The position numbers and the translations under genes were made by a program. From positions 2,133,199-2,197,198 of the forward strand of contig CAWHVD010000001.1 of the NCBI GenBank assembly GCA_963832835.1: a DNA stretch of 64,000 bases. Direction: 5' to 3'. This document shows, one piece after another, positions 18,865-27,489 of the stretch. Source of the DNA: an uncultured Chlamydiales bacterium (GTDB lineage Bacteria; Chlamydiota; Chlamydiia; Chlamydiales; JAAKFR01). Under the pieces are notes generated by a model. That model saw only the letters and a program-made list of their open reading frames with translations, made no database searches and had not been told where the DNA came from. Numbering within the stretch: the stretch's first letter is position 1; the number at the start of each line of letters is the position of its first letter.

Positions 18865-19157
18865 GCATGATAGAATCAGCAGATGGGGTGATCGTATCCG
18901 TAAAAGTAATACCAAGAGCACGCGAAAACCGGATTGTCGGCTGGGAAAATGACATTCTTAAAATCAAAGTCACCGCAGTTCCTGAAAAAGGGGAAGCTAA
19001 CACCGCAGTGATTGTTCTTCTCGCTCAAACCTTTCATATTCCCCAAAGAGATGTGATTCTTTTGCGTGGCAGCACATCACGCTCCAAGCAATTCTGCCTT
19101 TGCGGATTAACAATAAAAAGTGTCTTACAAATTCTACCCATTAAAGTTTCAAGTTGA
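18861..19157 (+). CDS. DUF167/YggU-family protein
   Basis: ATG 18861 overlaps the symporter stop (ATGA). VKVIPRARENRIVGWENDILKIKVTAVPEKGEANTAVI matches the YggU pattern. Confidence 0.75.
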   Translation: MSMIESADGVIVSVKVIPRARENRIVGWENDILKIKVTAVPEKGEANTAVIVLLAQTFHIPQRDVILLRGSTSRSKQFCLCGLTIKSVLQILPIKVSS

Positions 19158-19184
19158 CTCTTCTTTTTTGCTATTCATTTTTTC

Positions 19185-19214
19185 TTTACATTGACTTTAC
19201 TAGATTGATATACT
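19185..19214 (+). promoter_or_regulatory. Possible promoter of the Inc-like gene
   Basis: TTTACA (19185-19190), 18-nt spacer, TATACT (19209-19214). SD agggag lies 5 nt before ATG 19242. Pattern only. Confidence 0.3.
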
Positions 19215-19241
19215 CCTTCACAAAATTCTTAGGGAGTTTAC

Positions 19242-20600
19242 ATGTCTTATATCATAATCTCAGCTTGCTGTGTCACACAGTCACAACCACCCATCGAAAA
19301 GCAACACACAGTGCAACTACATTCCTGTGAAGAAAAATTGGCCTTAATCACAGATATCTTTCTCACATCTCTTGCTGCAGCTGTTGCGATTGGCATCATC
19401 CTTACAGCAAACGGTCTGATCGATTTAGGTCCTCTCAATGCAATCAGCACGCTCGGCCCCGAAGTTGCCTATAGAATGTTCGGTGTAGCCGGTGGTGTGG
19501 TGATCGTGGATACCATGATCGTGATGGCCAAAATGTCCAGCCACATCTCCCGTATCGCCAAGCTCAATCAGACTCTTGGAGAAAGCGAAGATACGCAAAA
19601 CTTCCTAAGATTAACAAATGAACACCAAGAGCTCACAAAAGAACACCGAGAGCTCACAAAAGAACTAACGAACCAAAAAGCAGCTTTCCAAGAGTTGCAT
19701 ACTCAACATCAACTTCAAGCAGCTTCAGAGAAAGCTCGGATAACCAGCGAAAATTTCAAAGAAAGAACCTCACAAGAACAAATCGTCCTTCTAGACGAAA
19801 TCAAAAAACTGCAAGAGGAATCCGTACTACAAGCACAGGCCATGAAAACAGTTATCCAAGCTGAAGTAGAAGAACTACAACAAGAGAAGGCCACTCTCAA
19901 TGAAACCCTTTCTGGCCTGCGTGCTGAAAAAGAGCGCTTGGAGAATGTTTCTCCCACGGTGGTTCAGCCCCCCCTAGATGCAGAAGCACTTGAAAAAGCA
20001 CAAGCTGCTGTCCGTAGCGCTGAAGTGCAGCTCGAAACTATCAATACAGACATCGAGCAGGCAACCCAAGCAAAAGACGATTTAGCTCAAAAAGTAGCAA
20101 ATGAAGGACAAAATCTCCAGTCTGTCATAGAAGAAATCGAGCTAGCCAATGCGCAACTATTTAAAATTGAAACGCAGATTCACACCCAAAATGCACAATT
20201 GGAAAAGTTACAGATCGAACCTCCCCCGGAAGCCGTAGCATTTCCAACACAGGATCCTGTAGTGCAGGTCGCACTTACTGACAATCCCGATATTGTTGAG
20301 AGAACCCAGGAGGATTACAAGGAACCGGAAGCCGTAGCATCTCCAACACAAGACCCTGAAGTGCCGATCCAAAATACTCCTCCACCTGAAACAACAACTG
20401 ACAATCTCGATATTGTTGAGAGAACCCAGGAGGATTACAAGGAAACGGAAGCCGTAGCATCTCCAACACAAGACCCTGAAGTGCCGATCCAAAATACTCC
20501 CCCACCTGAAACAACAACTGACAATCTCGATATTGTTGAGAGAAGTGAGGATACTTCCGAGGAACAAGAGATTTCGTCCTCAGATGAAGCCGCTGCTTAA
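19242..20600 (+). CDS. Inc-like (inclusion-membrane-type) coiled-coil protein with C-terminal 40-aa tandem repeats
   Basis: 452-aa ORF. It has a bilobed hydrophobic region near the N-terminus (IFLTSLAAAVAIGIILTANGLI ... MFGVAGGVVIVDTMIVMA), then about 250 aa of heptad-rich Q/E/L sequence, then an acidic Pro/Thr-rich repeat tail. Confidence 0.6.
   Translation: MSYIIISACCVTQSQPPIEKQHTVQLHSCEEKLALITDIFLTSLAAAVAIGIILTANGLIDLGPLNAISTLGPEVAYRMFGVAGGVVIVDTMIVMAKMSSHISRIAKLNQTLGESEDTQNFLRLTNEHQELTKEHRELTKELTNQKAAFQELHTQHQLQAASEKARITSENFKERTSQEQIVLLDEIKKLQEESVLQAQAMKTVIQAEVEELQQEKATLNETLSGLRAEKERLENVSPTVVQPPLDAEALEKAQAAVRSAEVQLETINTDIEQATQAKDDLAQKVANEGQNLQSVIEEIELANAQLFKIETQIHTQNAQLEKLQIEPPPEAVAFPTQDPVVQVALTDNPDIVERTQEDYKEPEAVASPTQDPEVPIQNTPPPETTTDNLDIVERTQEDYKETEAVASPTQDPEVPIQNTPPPETTTDNLDIVERSEDTSEEQEISSSDEAAA
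20226..20545 (+). repeat. 120-bp in-frame tandem repeat (about 2.7 copies)
   Basis: Units start at 20277, 20397 and 20517. The two full copies differ at 3 positions. The unit encodes TDNLDIVERTQEDYKE(P/T)EAVASPTQDPEVPIQNTPPPETT. Confidence 0.9.
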
Positions 20601-20635
20601 TATCACTTCAGACCCGAAGAGCTGAGACTGCACTT

Positions 20636-20656
20636 GCCCAGGGTAACGCCCTGGGC
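20636..20656. repeat. Solitary REP-type hairpin between convergent genes (probable terminator)
   Basis: g-cccaggg-taacg-ccctggg-c has the same stem as the hairpin repeated in the arrays at 26979-27365 and 36630-37320. Confidence 0.5.
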
Positions 20657-20691
20657 ATTGCCAGTCAGTGTCAGGTTCGTTCAGGATATCT

Positions 20692-22026
20692 TTAAACAGC
20701 AACTCTAGGGTCTGTGCGCTGGATGATCAGACTGACGTTGTCTTTGTTAAAGCCTTTATACCCTTCATCACGTTGTAGGTTCTCAAGATGGCTGCCTAAG
20801 GCGCCGTGGGTTAAAAAGTGCTCCGCCTGAGCTGGAGTGATCAGCCCTGTACTACGCAAAGCCTCAACACGTTTTGGATCAACAACCCATATCTGCCCTG
20901 CGGTAAAGGCCTGTTTGAGATAAGGAAAATTGCTGAAGGGGTCCATCATTCCCACATGGTGCTCTGCAAGGTCTTCTTTAAGCTTATCGAACATAAACTG
21001 AGCTTCGAGATGGTGCATCCCCGCTTCCAGTAGCGAATCGCCGTGAAGGGCGCACCATAGGCCAACTGTGCTGAGTTTGTCTCGCTCAGCAAGGGGATGG
21101 TGAGCAAAGTCGATTTCTAGTTCTTCAGGAGCCAAATCGACATCGAGAAACAGAATGAGACCGCACGTCGGGTTTTCCATAACCTGTGCTCCCCAGCCTG
21201 CTTGGCTTCCCGCATAAAACCGTTCCCGACAATGAAAGCCTAGCGTTTCGAAAAAACGGATAAGATGGACAAAGTTTTTGCGGCTGCTGCGGAAGGTATG
21301 ATGGTCATGATTGACCCATCCCATGCCGACACTATCTTGACGGTTTTTTTGGAGCCCGGCCGCCAGGTTGCGGGCCTGCCAATATTTCCGCTCTACCTCA
21401 AGGAAAGCCCATGCTGCTGCATCTTTGCCAATTGCAGTAACAATCTCTTCAATCATGGAAAAGGTTTGTGACATGGAATCGCGGGTTCGACTTTGAAATC
21501 TTTCCAGTGCAGTTAGATATTCATCAATAGCACTTTCGGTTTGGTAGATAGGCTCCATGGTGCGAGAGCTACGCCTCTCTACGCATAGAAGGGCTACATC
21601 TCCTATTTTTTCGATCAGACACCTGCGATAAGGAGAGAAAAGGGATCCTTCAATGACCTTTTCGAGCCTGTGGACCATCAGAAAATCGGCTATACTCTCA
21701 ACCTTCACCGCCACACCCAGTGGATGCTTGTTTGAAGAATCACGTACCAACACCGCTGGAAACTGAGCTCCCGGATGAGAAAAAACGCGGTAGCTGGGCA
21801 TCGTGATTTGCTGCACAAAGCCTACACGCTCCAGCTCTTGCTCAACAGATGCGGAAGCATCGATTGTAAAATGATCGATCCAATCGAACAACCGAGTACT
21901 TGTCTTGGTGCGCAGCTGCTCTTCAAGATGTGCAATCGCTATGTTTTTAGCTTTAAAATCTTCTAGAAGGCTATAGAGCCACTTTTGCGCCTCAGGCTGG
22001 CATTGCCAATCAAATTGTTGAGTCAT
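20692..22026 (-). CDS. Conserved hypothetical, possibly VOC/DUF1338-like metalloenzyme
   Basis: I take the start at ATG 22026, overlapping the hldA stop (ATGA). His-rich segments (WVNHDHHTF; GMHHLEAQF) and the C-terminal HLENLQRDEGYKGFNKDNV are reminiscent of the dioxygenase-type VOC fold. The functional call is weak. Confidence 0.5.
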   Translation of the reverse strand: MTQQFDWQCQPEAQKWLYSLLEDFKAKNIAIAHLEEQLRTKTSTRLFDWIDHFTIDASASVEQELERVGFVQQITMPSYRVFSHPGAQFPAVLVRDSSNKHPLGVAVKVESIADFLMVHRLEKVIEGSLFSPYRRCLIEKIGDVALLCVERRSSRTMEPIYQTESAIDEYLTALERFQSRTRDSMSQTFSMIEEIVTAIGKDAAAWAFLEVERKYWQARNLAAGLQKNRQDSVGMGWVNHDHHTFRSSRKNFVHLIRFFETLGFHCRERFYAGSQAGWGAQVMENPTCGLILFLDVDLAPEELEIDFAHHPLAERDKLSTVGLWCALHGDSLLEAGMHHLEAQFMFDKLKEDLAEHHVGMMDPFSNFPYLKQAFTAGQIWVVDPKRVEALRSTGLITPAQAEHFLTHGALGSHLENLQRDEGYKGFNKDNVSLIIQRTDPRVAV

Positions 22027-22982
22027 AATTTGATTTCTAGCAGACGGGAAGAAAGATCTGCAAGAGAAATGCGTGCACAACCCACCTTTTCGATCGCAAT
22101 ACCGGCTGCCACATTAGCAAGCTGTGCTGCATCAGTGAGGCTTAATTTATTGGCAAGAGCTGCCGTAAGCACAGCTATAACAGTGTCGCCTGCACCCGTG
22201 ACATCTTTAATTTCATGCACGAGTGCCGGAAAATCCTGTCTGCTACCCAGACGGGGAAAAATCGAGATACCATCTCTAGAACGGGTAACAATGAGGGTTT
22301 CTACCCCCGTGTCCTGCAAGATTTGGTTAGCTATCTCTTCTAATGTCGCTTCTCTACCCAGACCCGCTGCTGCTACTGCTTCTGCAAAATTGGGCTTAAT
22401 CAACGTAGCGCCATGGTAGCGAGTGAAATCTAGCCCCTTAGGATCTACAATGATAGGTATGGAGCGCGTTTTCGCAATCCGGATGATACTTGCCAAAAAC
22501 GACTGAGAAAGAAGGCCCTTGGCATAATCAGAAATCGCTATCATCTGCACATCTTCTAGCAGTTTTGGTAAAGTGGCTACTAGCTCCTTTTCCATCTCGG
22601 GGTGCAATGGAGTGGGATGTTCGTAGTCAATGCGGACAATTTGCTGTCCCGAGGCGATCATCCGGTTTTTGAGAGGCGTTTGGAAAGAGGGATCGCACAG
22701 AATCCCCTGAGTATTTACACCCTCTTTTACCATCTCTTCTAAAAAAGTGCGGCCTGCAAAATCATCACCTACGCGACCTACCGCCACCACTTCCATCCCT
22801 AAAGAAATGAGATTCAAAATAGTATTTCCCGCGCCCCCAGGCCTACGGTCTTCTTGGGTAACACGCAGCACAGGAACAGGCGCTTCTGGAGATATGCGAT
22901 CGACATGGCCCACGGTATACACATCGAGCATGAAATCGCCCACAACCACGATTTTTTTGCGTCGGAACTGATCGATCATCAC
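22023..22982 (-). CDS. hldA: D-glycero-beta-D-manno-heptose-7-phosphate kinase (RfaE domain I only, PfkB family)
   Basis: 319-aa ORF. KIVVVGDFMLDVY..GHVDRISPEAPVPV is the characteristic RfaE/HldE kinase N-terminus, and DVTGAGDTVIA is the PfkB motif. No adenylyltransferase domain is attached. Confidence 0.85.
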   Translation of the reverse strand: MMIDQFRRKKIVVVGDFMLDVYTVGHVDRISPEAPVPVLRVTQEDRRPGGAGNTILNLISLGMEVVAVGRVGDDFAGRTFLEEMVKEGVNTQGILCDPSFQTPLKNRMIASGQQIVRIDYEHPTPLHPEMEKELVATLPKLLEDVQMIAISDYAKGLLSQSFLASIIRIAKTRSIPIIVDPKGLDFTRYHGATLIKPNFAEAVAAAGLGREATLEEIANQILQDTGVETLIVTRSRDGISIFPRLGSRQDFPALVHEIKDVTGAGDTVIAVLTAALANKLSLTDAAQLANVAAGIAIEKVGCARISLADLSSRLLEIKL

Positions 22983-23938
22983 CAGTATTTTCCCTCAGCA
23001 AGATAGTTTTGGACATAATCTTTGACGCCGGCTTCCAAAGAGTACTTAGGTTGCAACAAGTTCTTTGATTTACCCATATCAGCGCACGTGTAGTTTTGGT
23101 ATTTGCCTACCAAATCGGAGGGCATATCGAAGTATTCGATCTCCACTTTCTTGCCCAAAGCGGCAATCACTGCATGAGCTAAAGCATTCCAGGTCTCTTC
23201 TTTGCCCGAACCTATGTTAAAAATGCCATTTAACTGATTGTCTAAAAACTGGATTGTCATCTGCGCCACATCTTTGACGTAGATAAAATCACGGATTTGA
23301 CCGCCATCGGGATATTTGTCCGGCTCGGATGATTTGAAGAGACGGATCTTACCTGTATTTAATGCATCAGGAACCATCTTCAGGATGGCCGATGCCATCC
23401 GCCCTTTGTGGCACTCGTTTGGCCCGTACACATTGAAGTATTTGAGCCCCACAACTCGATCGAGCAGATGATGGTTTTTGAGCCATAAATCGAAAAGGTG
23501 CTTGGAATAGCCATACATGTTGAGCGGCTCAAATTGATCCAAATCTGCCTGATCTGAAAAACCTAAACTCCCATCACCATACGTAGCTGCCGATGAAGCA
23601 TAGATAAAACGGTGGCCAGCTCTTAGTGCATACTCAGCAAGACGGACGCAATAGCGGTAATTATTCTCAAGCAAGTACCGCGCATCTTTCTCTACGGTGC
23701 TAGAGCATGCTCCTAAGTGGATGAACGCTTCGATCTCTTCTTCCCGCCCTGCAAGCCAATCAAAGAGCTGGTCTTTATCGAGCACATCGAGAAAGCGCTT
23801 GCCGACAAGATTTTTCCATTTGTCATTGCAATCGAGTTGATCCACCACAACTAGGTTGTAGATCTGCTTCTGGTTCAGAGCACGTACAACCCCCGAACCG
23901 ATAAACCCTGCGCCACCTGTAACAACAATGTATTTCAT
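22979..23938 (-). CDS. hldD: ADP-L-glycero-D-manno-heptose 6-epimerase
   Basis: I take the start at ATG 23938 (MKYIVVTGGAGFIGS, Rossmann GxxGxxG). YASSAATYG and YGYSK (SDR catalytic YxxxK) are present, and the length of about 319 aa fits. Confidence 0.9.
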   Translation of the reverse strand: MKYIVVTGGAGFIGSGVVRALNQKQIYNLVVVDQLDCNDKWKNLVGKRFLDVLDKDQLFDWLAGREEEIEAFIHLGACSSTVEKDARYLLENNYRYCVRLAEYALRAGHRFIYASSAATYGDGSLGFSDQADLDQFEPLNMYGYSKHLFDLWLKNHHLLDRVVGLKYFNVYGPNECHKGRMASAILKMVPDALNTGKIRLFKSSEPDKYPDGGQIRDFIYVKDVAQMTIQFLDNQLNGIFNIGSGKEETWNALAHAVIAALGKKVEIEYFDMPSDLVGKYQNYTCADMGKSKNLLQPKYSLEAGVKDYVQNYLAEGKYW

Positions 23939-24068
23939 GACAAATACCATACCAAAAACAGAGAAAAAACAACATGAGGGATCGACACACCCCAGCAAAA
24001 AAGCAGAGACAAAAAATATTTTGTCTGTATAAATGAGTTTTTACCAAATAAAATTTCATGAGGTAGTG

Positions 24069-24410
24069 ATGTCAGCGCCAATAGGAAACCCCCTAGCAAG
24101 TCAGGGGAAATACCCCCCATCCAATACAGCCACAGAGAGCCAACAACGTGTTGCCTACGATCCTAATAAAAAAACATTTGGTCCTATGCAGACCAGCGTA
24201 ACCCGCAACATCGATGTGATGACACGGACCAGCAAACAGGTCAGTCAACTGCCCGTGCCCACTGACTACAGCAGCCCCGCCTTCTTGACACGTGTCGAGA
24301 CCCAATTCGACTCCGAAGCAGAGGTCCTGCAAACCGATACTCGGGGCGTCAACGTAAACTATACCAGAAACCTGCTCAATTCAGTCCAAACCGCCCAACG
24401 CGCCCTTTAA
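24069..24410 (+). CDS. Hypothetical soluble protein
   Basis: ATG 24069 lies 5 nt after GAGG. 113 aa, Ser/Thr/Gln/Pro-rich, with no motif. Confidence 0.4.
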   Translation: MSAPIGNPLASQGKYPPSNTATESQQRVAYDPNKKTFGPMQTSVTRNIDVMTRTSKQVSQLPVPTDYSSPAFLTRVETQFDSEAEVLQTDTRGVNVNYTRNLLNSVQTAQRAL

Positions 24411-24540
24411 CTTAGAGCCCGAGAATCCTCTCGGGCCCTCACTCTCATTCACTTACAGCTTTACAAAACAAAAATATTACCTATTAATAACTTAAGTAAT
24501 AAACTTATAATTAATAACGATTATTAATTAGGTTTTTATT

Positions 24541-26151
24541 ATGTCTGTTAGAAAACCAGATTCTGATGCCGCCGCAGTCTACAAGACCATGACCGACGCG
24601 CTCAATCAAGGTAAGAGAATTATATACAATACCGAATCTAAAAAATTTGAAACTGTCTCCCGCGAAAAAGCCAAAGAGCTTGAGAGTGACCAAAAGTATA
24701 TCACACTTCTGCCGCAGCTTCAGGCCAAAGTCGAAACTTACATCAAAGAGAATGGGATTAACCCCGAACAACAAACTCAACTAACAACAGCTTTTAAAAG
24801 CCGTGCAAGCGAACTCAAAGGACGCTTTATTCTTTGGGGTGGCGACAGACGTGACAAAGCTGTAAGTGAACTGGAACAATTTCCCTCAGCCATTACAAAA
24901 GCTGCAGCTGAAGCCGTCAAAATCCTTAAACACGCCACTCTAGCCTCCTCCCCAGGCCCCACATCTATAGTATCCCAACCTCAAGCACCAACCCAGCACA
25001 GAGAAACAACTTCCCCCAAAACTTCAAAGAATAAAGAGTCATTTGGTCCATTTGCAGAAAAAGTATCTGCCTCGCAGCCAGAACAAACTCAGACTTCATC
25101 ACAATCTGGTCAACCAACACAACGTCCGGCAGTGCCAATGGCAGAAGGGGGACCACCACCCCCTCCTCCTGGAGGAGCACGAGGACCTGGCGGGCCTCCT
25201 CCTCCTCCAGGACCTATGAAACCAGCAGGCTCAAAATATACACAAACCCATATAAATTTGACAAAAGCACGGTCCCTGTTCGAAAATGAAAGAGCTCCTC
25301 CTAAAATTGCTCCAGGCCATGACCTTGGCAAAATTAATCTAATACCCGAAAAAGATCGTCTGAACTATGCCGAGACAATTGAACAATACGTTAAGGGAGA
25401 GCGCGTAGAAACTCAGAAAAAAACTGGGGGACCTAAGGAAGTAATATACCAAAATAGCCTGGATGATGCTCTCAAACCTCTTAAAAAGCAGATCAGTGAC
25501 GATGCTGCCGATGCCGAATTATTGAAAGGAAAAGAGGTGCAACTAGTTGGAATTAAGGCCGAGATAACGCAGAAAAAAGCCCATCAGGGGCTCATGAAAG
25601 CAGCGAATCAAGAAGGTCTAGTGTATGTACGTCAAACAAAGGAAAAGGACAGTAAATCTGTGACGCTGCAGCCAGACAGAGTTGTTGAGGATACACTGAG
25701 TAAACTCACGACAGATGAACTTGGTTCACTCAAAAAAATGAACGTGGATCCAGAAAAATTTGCCATCTCGCATCAATTAAAGCTTGATGCAGATGAGCTA
25801 GAAATTTTAAATAAAGAAGCGGACAATTTAACCAATGAAATCAGTAATCTGCAAAAAAAAATAGCTGCCAGACACACTCTTAAAAACAATGGTATTCCAT
25901 TTAATCAATGGGAAAAATTGATCAAAGAAAAAGAAGAAGTTTCTACCCGTTTGTTGGCACTCACTTCAAATTTGCGAAAGGGCACCCCTGTTGTCGAAAA
26001 AGCCGCTCCAGAAGTTGATACAACATATGCAGCGATATACGAAAAAAGTCCTTGGCTCGAAGAAACAGTTACGACAATGAGTACCTTGCCAATGGGAGCA
26101 TTGGCTGTCCTTAAAAAAGAGCCCGACAATTTTTTTAGAAAGCTTAATTGA
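24541..26151 (+). CDS. Proline-rich (FH1-like) coiled-coil protein, effector candidate
   Basis: 536-aa ORF behind a very AT-rich upstream region. It has no signal peptide. GGPPPPPPGGARGPGGPPPPPGP lies at 25147-25215, and the C-terminal half is K/E-rich and helical. Confidence 0.6.
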   Translation: MSVRKPDSDAAAVYKTMTDALNQGKRIIYNTESKKFETVSREKAKELESDQKYITLLPQLQAKVETYIKENGINPEQQTQLTTAFKSRASELKGRFILWGGDRRDKAVSELEQFPSAITKAAAEAVKILKHATLASSPGPTSIVSQPQAPTQHRETTSPKTSKNKESFGPFAEKVSASQPEQTQTSSQSGQPTQRPAVPMAEGGPPPPPPGGARGPGGPPPPPGPMKPAGSKYTQTHINLTKARSLFENERAPPKIAPGHDLGKINLIPEKDRLNYAETIEQYVKGERVETQKKTGGPKEVIYQNSLDDALKPLKKQISDDAADAELLKGKEVQLVGIKAEITQKKAHQGLMKAANQEGLVYVRQTKEKDSKSVTLQPDRVVEDTLSKLTTDELGSLKKMNVDPEKFAISHQLKLDADELEILNKEADNLTNEISNLQKKIAARHTLKNNGIPFNQWEKLIKEKEEVSTRLLALTSNLRKGTPVVEKAAPEVDTTYAAIYEKSPWLEETVTTMSTLPMGALAVLKKEPDNFFRKLN

Positions 26152-26958
26152 GGATATTTTGATACCAGCCTTCGGATCGATTGAGTAGATGAATGTTACC
26201 GCTTTGAGCTCCCTGGCATATCATGGCAGAACCGGAAGCGGACATGAAGGCTGTGGAATGCCTCTTCTTGATCTGGGAAAGAAGAGGGTAGAGGCGGAAG
26301 GCGGGAGCTTCGAGGTCGTTGATGTAGCGAGGTTTACCTGCGTAAAAATCGGCTAGGAGGAGTTCGGGATCCCCGGGTGAGCATTCGTGGAGTTGAAGGG
26401 CTTGGTAGATTGCGGGTGTGGAGAGCCCTTGTGGGGGTTTGATGAGAGGGAATGGGGGTAAAGAGAGTGGGGGTAGATCGCGTACCTGCTCACCCCGTCC
26501 TGTACAGTAGGCAGTGCCATGCGAAAAAAAGAACGCGATATCTGAGCCCATTTCCGAAGACCAGTTTTGAAGCTCTTGAATTGTGTAAGTATTGTTGTAA
26601 GGGTGTTGAGAGCCCCGAGGGTTGTGGCTGCATTGCTGCTGCCTCCCCCGAGGCCTGCTTGTGTGGGGATGTGTTTTTCTAAGTGGATGGTGACAGGGAT
26701 ATGGAGGTTGGTTTTGCGGCGAAAGAGGTGGAGGGCTTTGATGATGAGGTTCGAGTCGTTACAGGGTAAAGAAGGGTCTGAGCATGTTAGGGAGTCTTGT
26801 GGGGTGAGGGTAAAGGTGAGGGTGTCGCCGAGGCCGATTGCTTGAAAGAGGGAGGCCAGTTCGTGGTATCCATCAGGGCGTTTTCCCATTATCCGCAAAA
26901 ACAAATTAATCTTAGCCGGCGAAAATAAGGTTAGGGATTTGGAGGTCGACCTATTCAT
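26144..26958 (-). pseudogene. ispE: Frameshifted second copy of ispE
   Basis: Two ORFs (26353-26958 and 26144-26551) together cover the IspE sequence, about 90% aa identity to 35806-36609 over alignable parts. Copy A is one nucleotide shorter than copy B between gaagctcttg and aagggtgtt (about 26575-26605). Confidence 0.75.
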
Positions 26959-26978
26959 GTTGTTCCCTCAAATTCTTG

Positions 26979-27365
26979 TCGCAGCCCTACAGGCTGCAAG
27001 TGTTTTTTTGCCCTTGTACCCAGGGCGCTGCCCTGGGCTAGCTCTGTCCCAGCCCTGCAGGCTGAAGCAGGGGTTGTATATGCACATGTTTTGCTTACGG
27101 AACATTCCTTCAGCCTGAAAGGCTGAGATAGTGATAGCCCAGGGCAACGCCCTGGGTAACGTGATGAACACACACCATGCAGCCTGTAGGGCTGCGACAG
27201 GGCCGGTACCGTCCTAACCATGCAGCTGAAGCAGGGATTTCATATCTACATCCTTGGCTCTCCTTCAGCCTGAAAGGCTGAGATAGTGATAGCCCAGGGC
27301 AACGCCCTGGGTAACATGATGAACACACACCATGCAGCCTGTAGGGCTGCGACAGGACTGCGACA
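26979..27365. repeat. REP array A (about 2.5 units of the 156-bp three-hairpin repeat)
   Basis: It has the same hairpins as array B: gcagcc-ctaca-ggctgc, cccaggg-cgctg-ccctggg (inverted copy), then cagcc-tgaaa-ggctg, cccaggg-caacg-ccctggg and gcagcc-tgta-ggctgc, twice. Confidence 0.8.
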
Positions 27366-27374
27366 AATTTGGAC

Positions 27375-27453
27375 TTAATCCCAGACATATTTTTCCAAAA
27401 ACTGACGCAATTCATCCTGAAAGGATAATTTCTGATGGCGCTGCTTCTGATTC
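27375..27453 (-). pseudogene. 3' remnant of a RAYT gene, truncated by IS66
   Basis: It encodes ..QKQRHQKLSFQDELRQFLEKYVWD*, homologous to the C-terminus of 37330-37782 but with a 27-bp in-frame deletion. Homology stops at the IS66 end (27454). Confidence 0.7.
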
Positions 27454-27489
27454 GTAACCGTCTAATCTAGACATGTTGACGGAGAAAAA

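Noticed and set aside
20208-20567. Two antisense ORFs with internal repeats opposite the 3' end of the Inc-like gene.
   Set aside because: Their repeats are just the 120-bp tandem repeat read on the other strand. The sense frame is continuous with a 452-aa gene that has an RBS and a promoter-like upstream region.
25110-25331. An antisense ORF rich in GGGGPPG opposite the polyproline tract, together with the many 60-130-aa antisense ORFs inside the RHS, ABC, glyQS, dnaG and transporter genes.
   Set aside because: These are mirror images of the coding strand's compositional bias. They have no RBS and lie fully nested in long, motif-supported genes.
25696-25740. A WH2-like actin-binding motif (LSKLTTDELGSLKKM) in the proline-rich protein.
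   Set aside because: The spacing is G-x-L-K-K instead of G-x-x-L-K-K, and no clear preceding amphipathic helix can be judged by eye. It is too weak to claim without a profile search.
26979-27365. The regularly spaced palindromic repeats here and at 36630-37320 as possible CRISPR arrays.
   Set aside because: The units are contiguous 156-bp tandem copies with no unique spacers, and the repeats are far longer than CRISPR repeats. No cas genes are present. A RAYT gene is adjacent instead.
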